Shown here in pieces: positions 32,096 to 44,538 of a stretch of 64,000 bases of DNA. The stretch lies in contig CM060734.1 of assembly GCA_030704615.1 (NCBI GenBank), positions 496,001 through 560,000 on the forward strand, read 5' to 3'. Source of the stretch: Takakia lepidozioides (taxonomy: Eukaryota > Plantae > Bryophyta). Position 1 is the first letter of the stretch; every line of letters starts with the position of its first letter. Made by a program: the position numbers and the translations under genes. The notes beneath the pieces were generated by a model that was not told the origin of the DNA, searched no databases, and saw only the letters and a list, made by a program, of their open reading frames with translations.

Positions 32096-32140
32096 CATGC
32101 CACCGAGGTGATTCCGGGTTCGAATCCTGCTACCGTGCTG
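32096..32140 (+). other. tRNA-like 3' half (B-box), possibly a tRNA-Gly(GCC)-derived or SINE fragment
   Basis: TGCCAC..CCGGGTTCGAATCC; no recognisable 5' half or D-arm. Confidence 0.3.
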
Positions 32141-32849
32141 GTTATGTTATTGTCTGGTTTTCGTAATAAATGCTCCAGTGTTGGTTATTTTTCAACCCCC
32201 TCCTCTTTGAATCCCTTTTAACTAAATAAATAATTGCAGGGTTATTTTATTCCTTCCTTTTCTTCTTCTTCTTTTTTTTCCCCCCTTTTCTAACTTTTTG
32301 ATTAAACGGGTTCTGTTTAAAATCTATTTTTCTTAAAACACACAACTGTTTCTTTTTTTTTCCTTTTTGTGTGTGGGGGGGGGGGGTCCAGAACCCATTA
32401 AACCCGGGCGGGGGCAAAGGTGGGGTGGGCAGACGCCCTCTAGATTTCCCTCCTGTAGGGAAAAAATAAAAACCATTTTTCTTGTTTTGTTGTTTGTCAG
32501 GGAAAGCCAAGTAAATGGTTCTGGGGCCTGTCCCCTGTTTTATTTACTTAAAGTAAGCCAAAAAAAATTTTTCTTGCGAAAACCCACATTGACATTTAAG
32601 TGTTATTATTAACGGAGGACACTAGGAATAATGTAAGAACTTACTGCACTACTAGTGCCATCCAACGGTACTTTCGCCGGGGCAGCCTGCAGGGCCTCTG
32701 TCAAATCCTCCCGACCCCCTCATACCTCGGTTTCAGGATTAAATACTTAAGAATCTAGGAGGGTATCTTGCAATGGTGGGTAGTGTGTTGGTAAGGTGAT
32801 TACAGTTCAGGCGTTAAGATTTTGGGTTCGGGTCTTGATGGGAGGCTGT

Positions 32850-33112
32850 TGTGGTGTAACCCTGGGTATTGGCACCCCAGCCCGTATAACCCCATGTAAC
32901 CCTGGTGTCATGTGTGTAACTCTTCTTAGTCCATTTTATACTTGGCCAAATTTAAAGACCAAGTGTGAGTTACACCGAGTGGAGTTACACACACCCATCC
33001 TCTGACCAAGTGTAAGCCCACGTCCACCATGTAACCTAGTGTAATTCCAAGTGGAGTTACACATCTCCATCGTGTAACCCAGCTTAACCCTAACCCCAAC
33101 TGGAGTTTACAC
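32850..33112. repeat. Cluster of TGTAAC(C)/GTTACAC motifs (MITE-like relic)
   Basis: Multiple gtgtaaccc and gagttacac words in both orientations. Confidence 0.4.
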
Positions 33113-33358
33113 TCTTTCAATTCCATGTCACTCTCAAGAGAGTATGGGGAAGATTTGACAACACGTACCATCCTGTCAGAGGTTGCACATGGGCATTAAG
33201 TTCTTATCTCATTTCTAGTATTCTCCATTATTAAGGGGATGTAGCATGAGTGGATGAACGTCATTCTCCAAAAGAATGGGATGATTTCATCCCTTTTTGA
33301 GAATCCTAAGGTAAAGAATTATGGCATGATGATGTAGAGCAATATGAAAGTATAGGAC

Positions 33359-33443
33359 AAGGGTCTCTTTTGAGACCTTACCGGGGTTTGAGGTACCCGT
33401 CACGAGGCCGGTAGGGTCCCGGAAGGGGCTCAAGAGAGACCCT
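33359..33443. repeat. ~27-bp imperfect inverted repeat (hairpin)
   Basis: aagggtctcttttgagaccttaccggg ... cccggaaggggctcaagagagaccctt. Confidence 0.6.
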
Positions 33444-36149
33444 TCTCCTGCGTAAAGAACCATGATATTTTTCTGTGTAAGTCATATTCCCACGTTTTGG
33501 AATGGTTGAATTCTTAGAATTTGGATGAGTCAGAGATTGACGGCCATGACTTTGACCACAACAGTGGTGGTCAAAAGTTGCGTCAGGTCAGGCATCCACA
33601 GACTGCATTGGCGTTGAATGCATGAAAATAGGGTCCCCAAATTTAGTGACATTTCTGAAAGATCGACTAAACAGTGCAGCTAATTTGGCGCCTTCAGTGA
33701 GTTATAACTACTTAATGTTTTCTCTCCTTTTTCTTTTTTTCTTTTTTTGGGTTCAACTCTAGTAAGAAGTTGCAAGAAATTGCAGGTATGGCATCTTACA
33801 TATTACCTTTTTTAAATTCTACCAAATATCTGACACCTCTCATTTTTGAATAATTGGGAGTTTATGTCGCGTGTGTGTGGAACAGGGCGCACGGACGCGG
33901 GGTCACCCTCCCCCGCCCCGCCCCGCCCACCCCACTTGCCAGCCACAACACCGGCAGCCCCGCAGCCGCCCGCGGCCCTGCCCGCACGCCGCCCAGCCCG
34001 CCCCCGGACTGCGGCCCCCGCCCGCCCGCCCTCGCCGCTGGGTCCGCCCGCCATCGGTCCCCAGTGGGTCTGCCCAAGATCGGTCTGCCCGCTGCTGGCG
34101 CATGTCGTCCGGCAGACCACCCCAGACCGGCACAGCAGACCCGGACCTACGTGGCGCGCATCTGCCCGTCCAGATCCGGTTTTATCCAGACCGTCTGGAT
34201 TTAGGGCATGCCATGGCACTCGCCGATCTCCTCAGACCCCCTTGTTTTTTTCTTTTTTTTTCTCTATTGCCGGTGTTGCTTGCTGCTGTTTGTTGTTTGA
34301 CTGTTTAGAACCAACAGACTCGCCGGTTGTGAAGAATCCCTTTGCATGACTCCATGGACTCTCTGGCCACGTCGGAGTCCATCGTTTCAAGCCACGGCCT
34401 CTTTTGTTCATATGCTTCTACTATTTTTGCTTTGTTGTTCGCCTATTCGTGGGACTGTTTGAGCGCGGGGAAGTGAATTACATTGAGTTTACAGTGCAGA
34501 CTTGAATGGAAGTATTTAGGTCTTTGCTAACAAGTACGACTCATTTTAGCGAACAGCAATTGAGAATCGGCCTTTCCCTTGTCACACTGTCTTGTTCGAG
34601 GCTTCTCCTCCATATAGCATGTGTGGAATGGCATTGCAAAAATAGCGGATGAATATGTGCATGGCTGGCTGTATAAAATTCCGATTTCCTCCCCAGTTCC
34701 GTCTCTTGGATGTTGTTTGCAGGTGGACCCATCGATGCAGGACGAAATGGGCATGTGTGGCGGAATTTTTTGTGCAACGAACCAGTGGACCTTCCAAGTG
34801 TTACCATGATAGTGCGGGGATGCAGAGACCCAGCCGGGGGACCATTGAAATGGTGAAACGGGTGGGGACACACTGCAGACAGAGGGCAGACCAGATGGGC
34901 AGAGCAGGAGAAGAGAAAAGTGCACCATGCCAGTCCAGACGAGAAGACCGAACCAACAGACCAGCCTGGAGAACTCTAGTCAGACCCTGACGGCAGACCG
35001 AGTGCACACAATATTTGTCGCACGAATGCAACAGACCAGTGCCACAGACCCTTTTGGCCGACCCTTTTGGCGGAGACTTAGGGCAGACCATAGAAGTCCT
35101 TGGCGGCCCACGCTCATGGAGATGTAACGGGCACCCCTGTCCGCCCTGACACATTGTACCTGCTTCCCCACGGTCTTCTGCCAGACCAGTACCCAGATGA
35201 ATCAGATCCGGACTTTTTCCCTTTTTTGTATGCTTACGTGAGATCAGGGCAGATACAACAGACCATTGACACAGCAGAGAAGAAGTGGGTGGAGGCATGA
35301 TCACACCCAAGGGATGAAGACTACAACGGCCTCCAGGTACTTAAACCACTCTTTCTATGGTCTACTGTATTTCAGTGTTTCGATTTCCTGGTTGCAATTA
35401 GTGATATGCTATGTTGGGTGTTGTATGTGTGGCCTGCTGCTGTCGGTCTACTGTTCTGGGTCTGCTACATGGTACTGCATTACTTGTTCTGGCTGTGGTC
35501 TACTCTATAGGTCCAGAACCGTGTGTCTACTTTCCCCTGTTGCAAATCGTGCTATAGTGTTTTTTTTTTATTGTTATATATGTGGTCTGCTGCGAACGGT
35601 CTACTGTTTTGGGTCTGCTTTTCGCAACATGGTACTGCAGTTGCTTTGAAAGGCGCACTACTGTCGTGGCTGTGGTCTGCTACATGGGTCCATGGCTATG
35701 GTGTACTACTATGTTCTACTGGTCTACTGATATAGCGTACTGGTGTATGGTCTACTGGTCTATTGTCAGGCCCAAATTTGACTGGTCTACTGCTCTATGG
35801 TGTACTGGTCTAATGTGAAGGCCAATTTTGTTGTTTGTTTTCAAGAGGCGAATGCGCAAGACAACCGAGTGCACAGAGCGTTGCAAATCTGGAAGTACAG
35901 GTTGAACGGTCATCCCTTGGAAAATACACTTGCTTGACAATGAGCACCCAAACTTTTCTTGCCTCTTGTTCATGCAAGAATCCCTAAATAAGATTCATGA
36001 TGACTCACCCAGCCTTTTTTTTTCACCTCTTCTTCAATAAAAAAACCTCGGTAAGTTTCACAATGACCATTCTATTCTTTCTATACCTCTTTTTCTAAGC
36101 GCTATAACTGCTTCCACGACAATAGGACCCTCTCTAAACAGAGGACTCA

Positions 36150-39100
36150 GGTATGGGGCCTGCTTCTTCCTCCACTAAACCCCTGGGCTCACGCTTAGAG
36201 GGCAAAGCGTGAGCCGAGCTCTTGGGCTCATGCCATAGCTGCACTCGGTCCGTGATATTCGTGACTACATCCTGAGTCTGTATCCACAGTAGGCTGATGC
36301 CATTGCATCAATTCAGGATGGTATCACTGGCCGCGCAGCAGGCCTCCCTCCGTCTGTTGTAAAGGCTTTTGAGAGCGCAGGTCAGACTAACAGACCCGGC
36401 TCAGTGGACCTTTCTTCCGTGACCCGTCCTCCAGCGGACCTTCATACCTCTTCAGCAGACCCTCAGCAGACCACATTGCGTGGTCGAACTGATTTCCCAT
36501 TTGGCAGACCATGGCGACCTCCACAGTGGTCTGCAACTGATGAGGACGACCCCACTTTTCCGAAGTTTCATTGTGGGGAAAGCAATCGGCATCTGGACTG
36601 GTACAATGAGCTTCACCGCATCGTCGCCTCCCGGTGGACCTTTGCTCCGTAGCACTCCTCAATGGAGTTCGCGGCGGAGGAGGCCACCCGTGTTTTGGAC
36701 AAAGCCTGTGAGTATGGAGTGGCACTTCTGGCAGAGGAGACCAAGCCACCGCTTATCGCGCAGCTCTTTCTCATGCACGACCCCGCCCACTGGAGATAAG
36801 GCACATCGCCATCGCCCACCCAATATTTGGTGTTCGTCCGAAGCACTTAGCGAGCTTGACAGAGAGTGCTTTTGAGGAGATGGCAGATTGTTTCCTCCGC
36901 CGTCAATGGATGCAATTTGGCAATTTCAGGTCTTACACCAAATTAAAAAAAGACCTACACAACCTGCGGATGGACCTGCTGCACGGAAGCGAGGAGGCTC
37001 GGGAAAGTATCACGCAAGACGCCATGATGTGGTTTGTGACTGTGCAGGAGCGTGCGGTTTTCGACATTGCATTCAACAAACGACATGATTTCCAAGTGCT
37101 CTGGAGCGGGTTTCCAGTAGAGGACCGTGTTGCAGCTCTGGGAGAGCTTGACAAGGCCTTCATGGATCGGCTGATGAAAGATATTGGGCTGTGGACCACA
37201 GTCCTAGATCATGGTATGTCATCAGACCTAACAAACCTTTAAACAGACCTTGTCGTTGTCCACGAACGCAGACCTTGTAGCAGACTTTATGAACCATGAC
37301 CATGTATTCTTCCGTTTGTTAGCAGACCAGGGATGAGTGCTTTGTTTTTTACGTGTTTGTGACACGTTGTAGAGTATGATCCAGAGGACGAGCTTGTTCA
37401 GAATGCTCTTGACCAGTACGCCAATGGCGCAAGGCAGCTTCTACGAGCCATCCGTGGCCATACTGGAGTCGAGTCACCCGTTAAGTGCAGGCTCATTGGA
37501 GTTCGTACAACAGCAGACACACAGAACCCAACTCCCATGGAGACCCAGGAGGCCCGCAGCGAGTAGACCGTGGAACGAGCAGGCCCTTCCCAGCAAACTC
37601 CCAAATACCGACATGCAAACCAGCAGCAGAAGTGCATCGCGACGCAGGTATGGATGCCGACACCTCACCATTTCAACATCAGCAGACCTTGCCAGTGCAG
37701 GACATCAGACCTTCTGAAGACCTGGCGATAACCCAGGAAACAACGCCGATCCTCCCTGGCACTTACGAGTTGCCGAAAATAAGAGGAGAAATTCCTTTCC
37801 CCCCCACTGCAACATCTACTGAGAAGCAGAGAATGGTAGTGGACCTTACCCTTGCCACCAGACCTTCTAACACAGCACAGCCTGAACAGAACCGAGAAGG
37901 TGTCAGTGCTCATTTATCCATAGTACAGACCAATTCTGCAATTGCAACTATGGACTATGACTGTGACAATTTGGTCGATGACCTTCCCCAACTGTTAGAG
38001 ACAGGGTCTACAGCAGATGACGATGCATCTTTGGCCGTTTTGCCGCTTACTCTTGTGGACCCCGACTCGTCTGTAGACCACTACTGGCAATAGACCAATC
38101 CGTTGATAGGGTGCTCTGCATGTTCGACCCCACAGCAGACCATTCATCAGACCTTGTCAAAACCCATGCCCATGTTTATGTCCCTTCTCATTCTCTGGAA
38201 CCAGTCACTGTAGTCGAAGATGTACCTGCCACAGGAGTGGCGCAATTGCAGACACCCACAAAGGTCTGATTCCATTGCATTTTGCAGTCCATTTGTTTTT
38301 TCCAGTGCATTTGGGTAGTCATTGCTGATGTTTTGTGGTCTGATAGTCGTATGAAGGTTATGGCGTCTGAGGTCTCAGCTCGTGGTCCGTCGCAGGTGCT
38401 CAACTTGGGGTCAAGCACAAAGGGTGTACTATTAGTGATAACCCCCACCGTAGGGGCCAGTTCGACCCATGGAGTGTAGGAAGCGTCTAGAACGGGACCA
38501 CAGAGTGTTAATAAACCCCAGGACAAAATCTTGTTGTGAAGCCGAGCTAGCCAGCTCCGGGAGGGTATGAAGGAGATGGCTGTTGCATTGGAAAAGAAGT
38601 TGGAGGAACCTGCTTCACCAAATAGAGTTGGGAAGAAGCGCATACCAGATGGCGTGGCAGACCCGAGGCTAAAAACAATTTCCCCCCAAAAAGCCGTTGC
38701 AAAAAAATCGAAGTCCGGAGTATACATGAGTGCTGACCGGAAGGTCTGCTTGGAAGTGGAGAGCGAAGTTGCGGAGCTCCGTAACAAACACAAGTAAGTG
38801 TCGATGGTCTGCTTGCGATGCTCTGAACACACCAACTCCATGGGTCTGCAGCAAAAAGGTTGCATGGGTCTGCTTCATGGGTCTGTTGGGTCTGATGTGG
38901 CTGTCATTCGTCCGCTCCATTGGCCTGCTCCGTTGGTCTGGTCCTTGGGTATGGTACCGTATCCATTGTAGGTCTGGTCTTTCTGGCTGGGGTCTTTCTG
39001 GGTCCGCCAGCCCGGTTCTGTCGTGGTCTATCTTCTTAAAGGCTTTTTCTGAGTTTGTGCAGGTTCACTGCCCGATTTGGCTCCACTTTCAACGCACATA

Positions 39101-39436
39101 TCTCTGAGGGAAAAACAATGTTGTACTTTTTTGAAAATGACCCACAGTTTGAGTGCAGTGTTGCCACCGAGGACCTCAAAGCCTTAGAGAAACAGGAATC
39201 GGAGGCTACAGACCGATTGCTTGAGTTGTGGTGTAGGTTTTATCAGAAGGATCTGGATGTGAAGACATATAATGATGTTGTTATTTTGCCGACGTGGGTT
39301 TGGAGTGTAGTGAAGATTCACTAGAGTGCAGGTCAGGAACAGGTTCGCTCGCAGGTGGAGCACGGATTGACAGTGCATCGTATGGGGAAGGACCTGAAGA
39401 CCTGCAAGTACATACTGGTACCAATAGTTGATGGGT
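36150..39436 (+). pseudogene. Multi-exon, transposon-type gene ending in the N-half of a Ulp1/C48 cysteine protease, truncated before the catalytic His
   Basis: VATEDLKAL..TDRLLELW..DVVILPTWVWS..DLKTCKYILVPIVDG followed by a GTAAGT donor; upstream exon-like ORFs at 36404-37212, 37485-38093 and 38567-38795. Confidence 0.5.
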
Positions 39437-39509
39437 AAGTGTTCTGCGTTCATGCGTACCACTGTTTCTCTGCCCTTTATCATTGGTCCACCAGCTCTAC
39501 TCGGTCTGC

Positions 39510-42500
39510 CCAGGTCACCTGATGTTTAGCTCCCTCCAGTAGATGACGCCACTCCTCAAAATCATCGATGATCGCTAGAAGTTCTTTGTCATGGATTTCA
39601 TAATTGATCTCTACAGCGAAAAATTTGCGAGAACGAAAACCAACAGGGTGAAGTCGGCCATCCGTACCGTATTGAGAGAGTATAGCGCCAAGTGCAAAGT
39701 CCAATGCATTTGCTTCCAAGAAGAATGGTTTAGATGGGTCTGCATGTACCAGTATTGGAGCCGTTGTAAATGTCTGCTTCAGCATTTCAAATGCCTGATT
39801 AGCCTTGTCGTCCCATACAAATTTGTCCTTCCCTGTGAGTCGTGTCCATGGTGCAACAATTTTAGAGTAGTCATTGATGAAGATTATATAGAAATTTGCA
39901 AATCCCAGAAAACATTGTACATCTCGGACCGAAGTTGGTTTCATCCACTCGATGATGGTTTGTATTTTCTTCTGATCCATAAAGACATGTTTGTCGGAAA
40001 TAATATAGCCCAGAAATTCGACCTCAGATTGATAGAAAAGACATTTCTCCAACTTGGCATATAGTCTTCTTTCTCTTAATTTATCAAGGACAAGGCATAC
40101 ATGGTGGCCATGTTCTTCTTCATTCTGTGAAAATATCAAAATGTCATCCAAATAGATGACTACAAAGTCATCTAAAAATTCTCGAAAAATGTCATTCATC
40201 ATATGCTGAAAAATTGTTCGAGCATTTGTAAGACCGAAAGGCATAACACTGTATTCAAAATGTCCATACCTTGTTCGAAAAGTTGTTTTCCATTCGTCTC
40301 CTTCTTTTATCCGTACAAGGTTATAAGCTTCTCTCAAGTCAATTTTGGTGAAAATCTTTGCTCATCCCAACTGGTCGAGAAGCCCAGAAATCAGCGGCAA
40401 CGGATAACGATTCTTGATTGTGACTTTGTTGAGACCGCGATAGTCGACACACATGCGTAATGATCCGTCCTTCTTTTTCACAAACAAGATAGGCGCCCCC
40501 GCAGGTGATTTTGAATGTCGGATGAAGTGCTTTGACAAATTTTCATCAATGTATTCACGTAATGCAGCCAACTCCGTCTTGGATAAGTTATAGATTGGGC
40601 CGAATGGTGGTTGGGCTCTTTCTTGTAACTCAATTGCACAGTCATAAGGTCGATGTTCTGGCAATATGTCTGCATTTTTCTTCTCGAAGATATCTTTGAA
40701 ATCTTGATATTGAGCGGGTAATGTTGAAGTACCTTTGTCTGTTGTGGTCTTGATCGGAGTCGCATAAAGTGCAAATGTCGCCTCATTTTTGGTAGCTTTC
40801 ATGAAAGCTCTAGCTCCAAGAAACAGTGGTTGAATACCTTTGATATTTCTACATTTTTGTCTTATAGAAATTTTTCGCGATCACCAATCGATGTCGGGAT
40901 TGTGAAGTACGAACCAGGGAAGTCCAATGATCACATGATTTGTTGGAGACTGGATGACGTTGAAAACAATATGTGATACTTGATCTTTAAGCTTCACTTT
41001 AAGTGGTCGAGTTTCATGGTCCACATTTGCTGATGCTAACGGTCGTCCATCGATGACTTCAACGGGGCCAAGAGTTTCTTCTTTACGAGCGTTAAATTGT
41101 GTTGCTTCGCAAAGTTTTTGTCCATAAAACAAGCTGAAGCCCCTGAGTCCAAAAATGCTTCACAGAGCTATCTCGATTTTGCACTCTGATTTTTACCGGA
41201 ACTGTGAAGCAAGGTGCAGGGTCTGGAGGTAGAAATAGATTTTTTTTCGGTAAGGAATTTGTGGTGTCCAGCCGCATGGTCCCTACTATGACTGGACATC
41301 TTCGTTCTCCGACCTCCTCGTATCGAACACTTGAGTTGTGCCCCGAGCTTTGAATCTTCTCTTGTTGGGGCAGTTTAATGCTATGTGATCTTCTTCTCCG
41401 CAATAGAGGCATAATCCAGTCGAGCGCCGTCTTTGTTTTTCTTGTGGCGTCAATGGCTTGAATCGGACAGCATCAATCTGCATAGGATCACTACCGGATG
41501 TCTGATGAATCATTGTGTTTGGTGTCGTAGTAGCAATGGCATGATGCATTGTCAACCATCCAGATCGTTTCTCTTGACGTCTTTCGAACAAACGATTATC
41601 GCATGCAATGACTTGGGTGATGAATTCACTCAGTGTGTTCACGTTTGGCATTGTCAGCAACAAATTTTTTACATCATCTTTTAGTCCACATCGAAACTGA
41701 CTAATGAGGCTCTTCTCATTCCAGTCGAGATCGTACGCAAGTTGTCGAAATTCAGCAGCATAAACAGAAGCAGGACGTGCTCCTTATCGAAGATTTTGCA
41801 TCTTTGTCTCTACAACTATCTCTCTATCATTCTCTCCAAACGTTGTAGTGAACTCGGACATGAATGCTTCAAAATTATATAGTAAATGAGAATTTTTTTC
41901 TAATAGCGGTGCAAACCAAGATAGGGCAGTGCCTGATAGAAGGGTGCCCACGAATCCCACTTGAATACCTTCATCGGGGTAGTGTTGTGGATGTAGTCGT
42001 AGGAACAGTCGTACTTGTTGAACAAAATCGCGAAATCTTGATCTCGTCTCATCAAATTTCTCGGGCATGCTGATCTTTGGGTCTCTCGTAATCTGTTAAA
42101 GAGGAACTGTTGCAGTAGGAGCTGTTGCAGTAAGGACTCGTATGGTTGAAGATCCATTATTCGACTCCTTTAACTCTGAAATTTGTTGTTGCAAATTGTG
42201 GAGAGCGTTGTCAAGATCTTGAGACTGATCAGCTTGCAATTGGGCGGTAGAGGTACGAAGTTCTTGCATCTGGAGCTGAAGACTCTGCAATGTGGCGACC
42301 ATTTCCGCAAATGTGTCTTCCATCTTAACTAACTAAGGAACAAACTTCAGTCTCGCCAAACTGTCAAGGACGAGAACATGACTGAACACAAATAAGAGAT
42401 TAGACTGGAGGTACAAGACTAGACAAGAAGTCAAGGTCGGCATGGCCGAGTGCATGGTGGGTAAACATGAATCAAGATGATCTTTATAACAATGGACAAG

Positions 42501-42979
42501 AGTACAAGATACTGGAACTCGACTCGAATACTGGAATGCTGGAAACTGGACTGGAGTACCAGATACTAGAAACTGGACTAGATACTGGAGCTGGACTGGA
42601 GTACTGGGACTGGGAACAAGAGTAGCTTGAACTTGTGTTGGCGAGACCGAAGAGTGTTCAGTCTCGTCTCTTATATATACTGGCTACTAAGAAGTCCCCT
42701 AAGAAGCTTCCCCTATGGAGATTTCTTGATGGAGAAGTTTCCAAGATTAAACAAAGGTTTTTTGATGGAGAAGCTTCCTTAAACAAAGGAAGTATCTTGA
42801 TGGAGAAGTTTCCTCCAAATGAAGCTTCTTGAACAGTTTCCCAAGTTACTCTTGGTAATTTGGTAAACTTCCGGTAACTTGGTAAATCACGGTAAGTCAT
42901 GGTAATTTTCGGTAACATGGTAACTTGGTAACTTCTGGTATTTACTCATGGTAAGTTTCTCTGGGCTATGTCCGTTACA
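39510..42979 (-). mobile_element. Truncated Tcn1/Tf1-sushi-like Ty3/gypsy element (5' LTR, gag, PR, RT, part of RNase H; no INT or 3' LTR)
   Basis: Gag PEKFD..LLSGTALSW..DPMQID..CLYCGEEDHIALNC; PR FLDSGAS; RT IKEGDEWKTTFRTRYGHFEY..IYLDDILIFS; RH NYEIHDKELLAI. Confidence 0.9.
42362..42979 (-). repeat. 5' LTR of the Tcn1-like element
   Basis: TG...CA boundaries; minus-strand TATATATAAG at 42679-42670; internal ggtaa and actgga short repeats; PBS adjacent. Confidence 0.8.
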
Positions 42980-43028
42980 GCAGTAGCCGCAAGGCGAAGT
43001 GGCTCCTAGTTACGCCGGCCTCCGCCGA

Positions 43029-43030
<2 letters not shown>

Positions 43031-43070
<40 letters not shown>
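43031..43070. repeat. Poly(T)40 tract
   Basis: 40 consecutive T. Confidence 0.95.
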
Positions 43071-43546
43071 CAATGGTATGTAAGAACTCCAAGAAGATAA
43101 AAAAATCATATAAATTGATGGATGTTAAGGGACCTAAAGGAACCTAAGATCTGAATATAACTAAAGATTTGAAAAGTTGAAAAATTTGTGCATATTACTA
43201 AACATTGTTTTTACAATGATATCTAACAACTTCAAGAAGATAACAACAAATCAACAACAAAATTAATTTATAGTATTCAGTAACAGTCTTCAATTTCAAC
43301 CAACATTTAAACCGAGAATATGAAAAGTGAAATATTTTGAAACGAGATGGTGAACCACCAACATTGTCAAAGTTAGTTTTGTGGTCTATGTTTTGCGTTC
43401 AACGGCGGTGACTCAAATAGGGGGGTGCTAGTCCGTGAGCGGCTCACGTGAGCGGTAAGATGCGCAAGCGCGAAGATGTCAATCCGTGAGCGGAAAGATG
43501 CTCACGCCAGAGGTTGTTGGGGTCCACATCCGCGGACGGTGATAAC

Positions 43547-44500
43547 TGTCGTGCTGCTTTTACTCACCCATCCCTTCGCTATCCGAGGCGGAAACTCCAA
43601 GATAGAAGAGTTGGAAATCTCTAAGTACTCAGCCCGCGCAGAACAATCAGTCATGACCTACAGCTAGTGTATCACGGGGGTGTTTCCTATTTGTTTTCCT
43701 TTTGGCATTCATGTTAGCTACCTTACCATTGATAATTAAGTATCAGTTTGCTTTATCAATCTATTGGATTCCATCAACTCATCCATTTATTCCACAGCTT
43801 CACTCAGATCTCTCTACACAGTGTGATTGTATCGTATAAGTATCCGATTAGGATTTATCAGGTATCAGGCCGAAGCCATTGTGTCTCTAATCTGCTCTAC
43901 TATATCACTACCGCTTTGCATATAACGAGCATCTACTAATCCTCTTTCCTCCTTCACCGCGCTCTCCATCTTGGCTTCCGATCTCCTCCCATGCATGACC
44001 CCGAAGTCCTCCCCCTTCCGTGCTTCCCAGAATCCCCCTATTCCGTCCTTGCTTCTCCCTTTTTCTTCCTACCCGTGGCTCTAACCGTTTTCCTCACTAA
44101 CTGTCGTCCGTGAACTAACATGTTCCATTTGCAGGTGTTGTTCCCCACAGTCGTTCCCTGTCCTGCTCTCCGTGCGACTGTGACGGGCTGTGTTGGCTGT
44201 GTCGGCTGTTACGGTCTGTGTTGGCTGTGTCGGCTGTGACGACTGTGACGGGCTGTGTGGGCTGTGTCGGCTGTGTCGGCTGTGACGGGCTGTGTTGGCT
44301 ATGTCGGCTGTGACGGTCTGTGTTGGCTGTGTCGGCTGTGACGACTGTGACGGCTGTGTGGGCTGTGACGGGCTGTGTAACCCCCCTCTACAGTGCGCTG
44401 CTGTCACCCCTAAGGCTCCTGTTGGTCTCAGTCTGTGCAAAAATTAAGGGTACCCTACAGATCCCGTATAAGTGTCTAAGTCCCAGACAGTCCTCTAACA
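43547..44500 (-). repeat. 3' LTR of copy B
   Basis: tgtcgtgctg...cctctaaca; matches 55773-56801. Confidence 0.95.
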
Positions 44501-44538
44501 TTACCCCTTCCCCCCTCAAAAAGCCGTGTCCTCACGGT

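Noticed and set aside
32096-32140. Functional tRNA gene
   Set aside because: Only the anticodon/T-arm-like half is present; no acceptor stem or A-box.
33812-34349. Overlapping Pro/Ala/Gly-rich ORFs in several frames
   Set aside because: Artefact of a GC-rich, stop-poor island.
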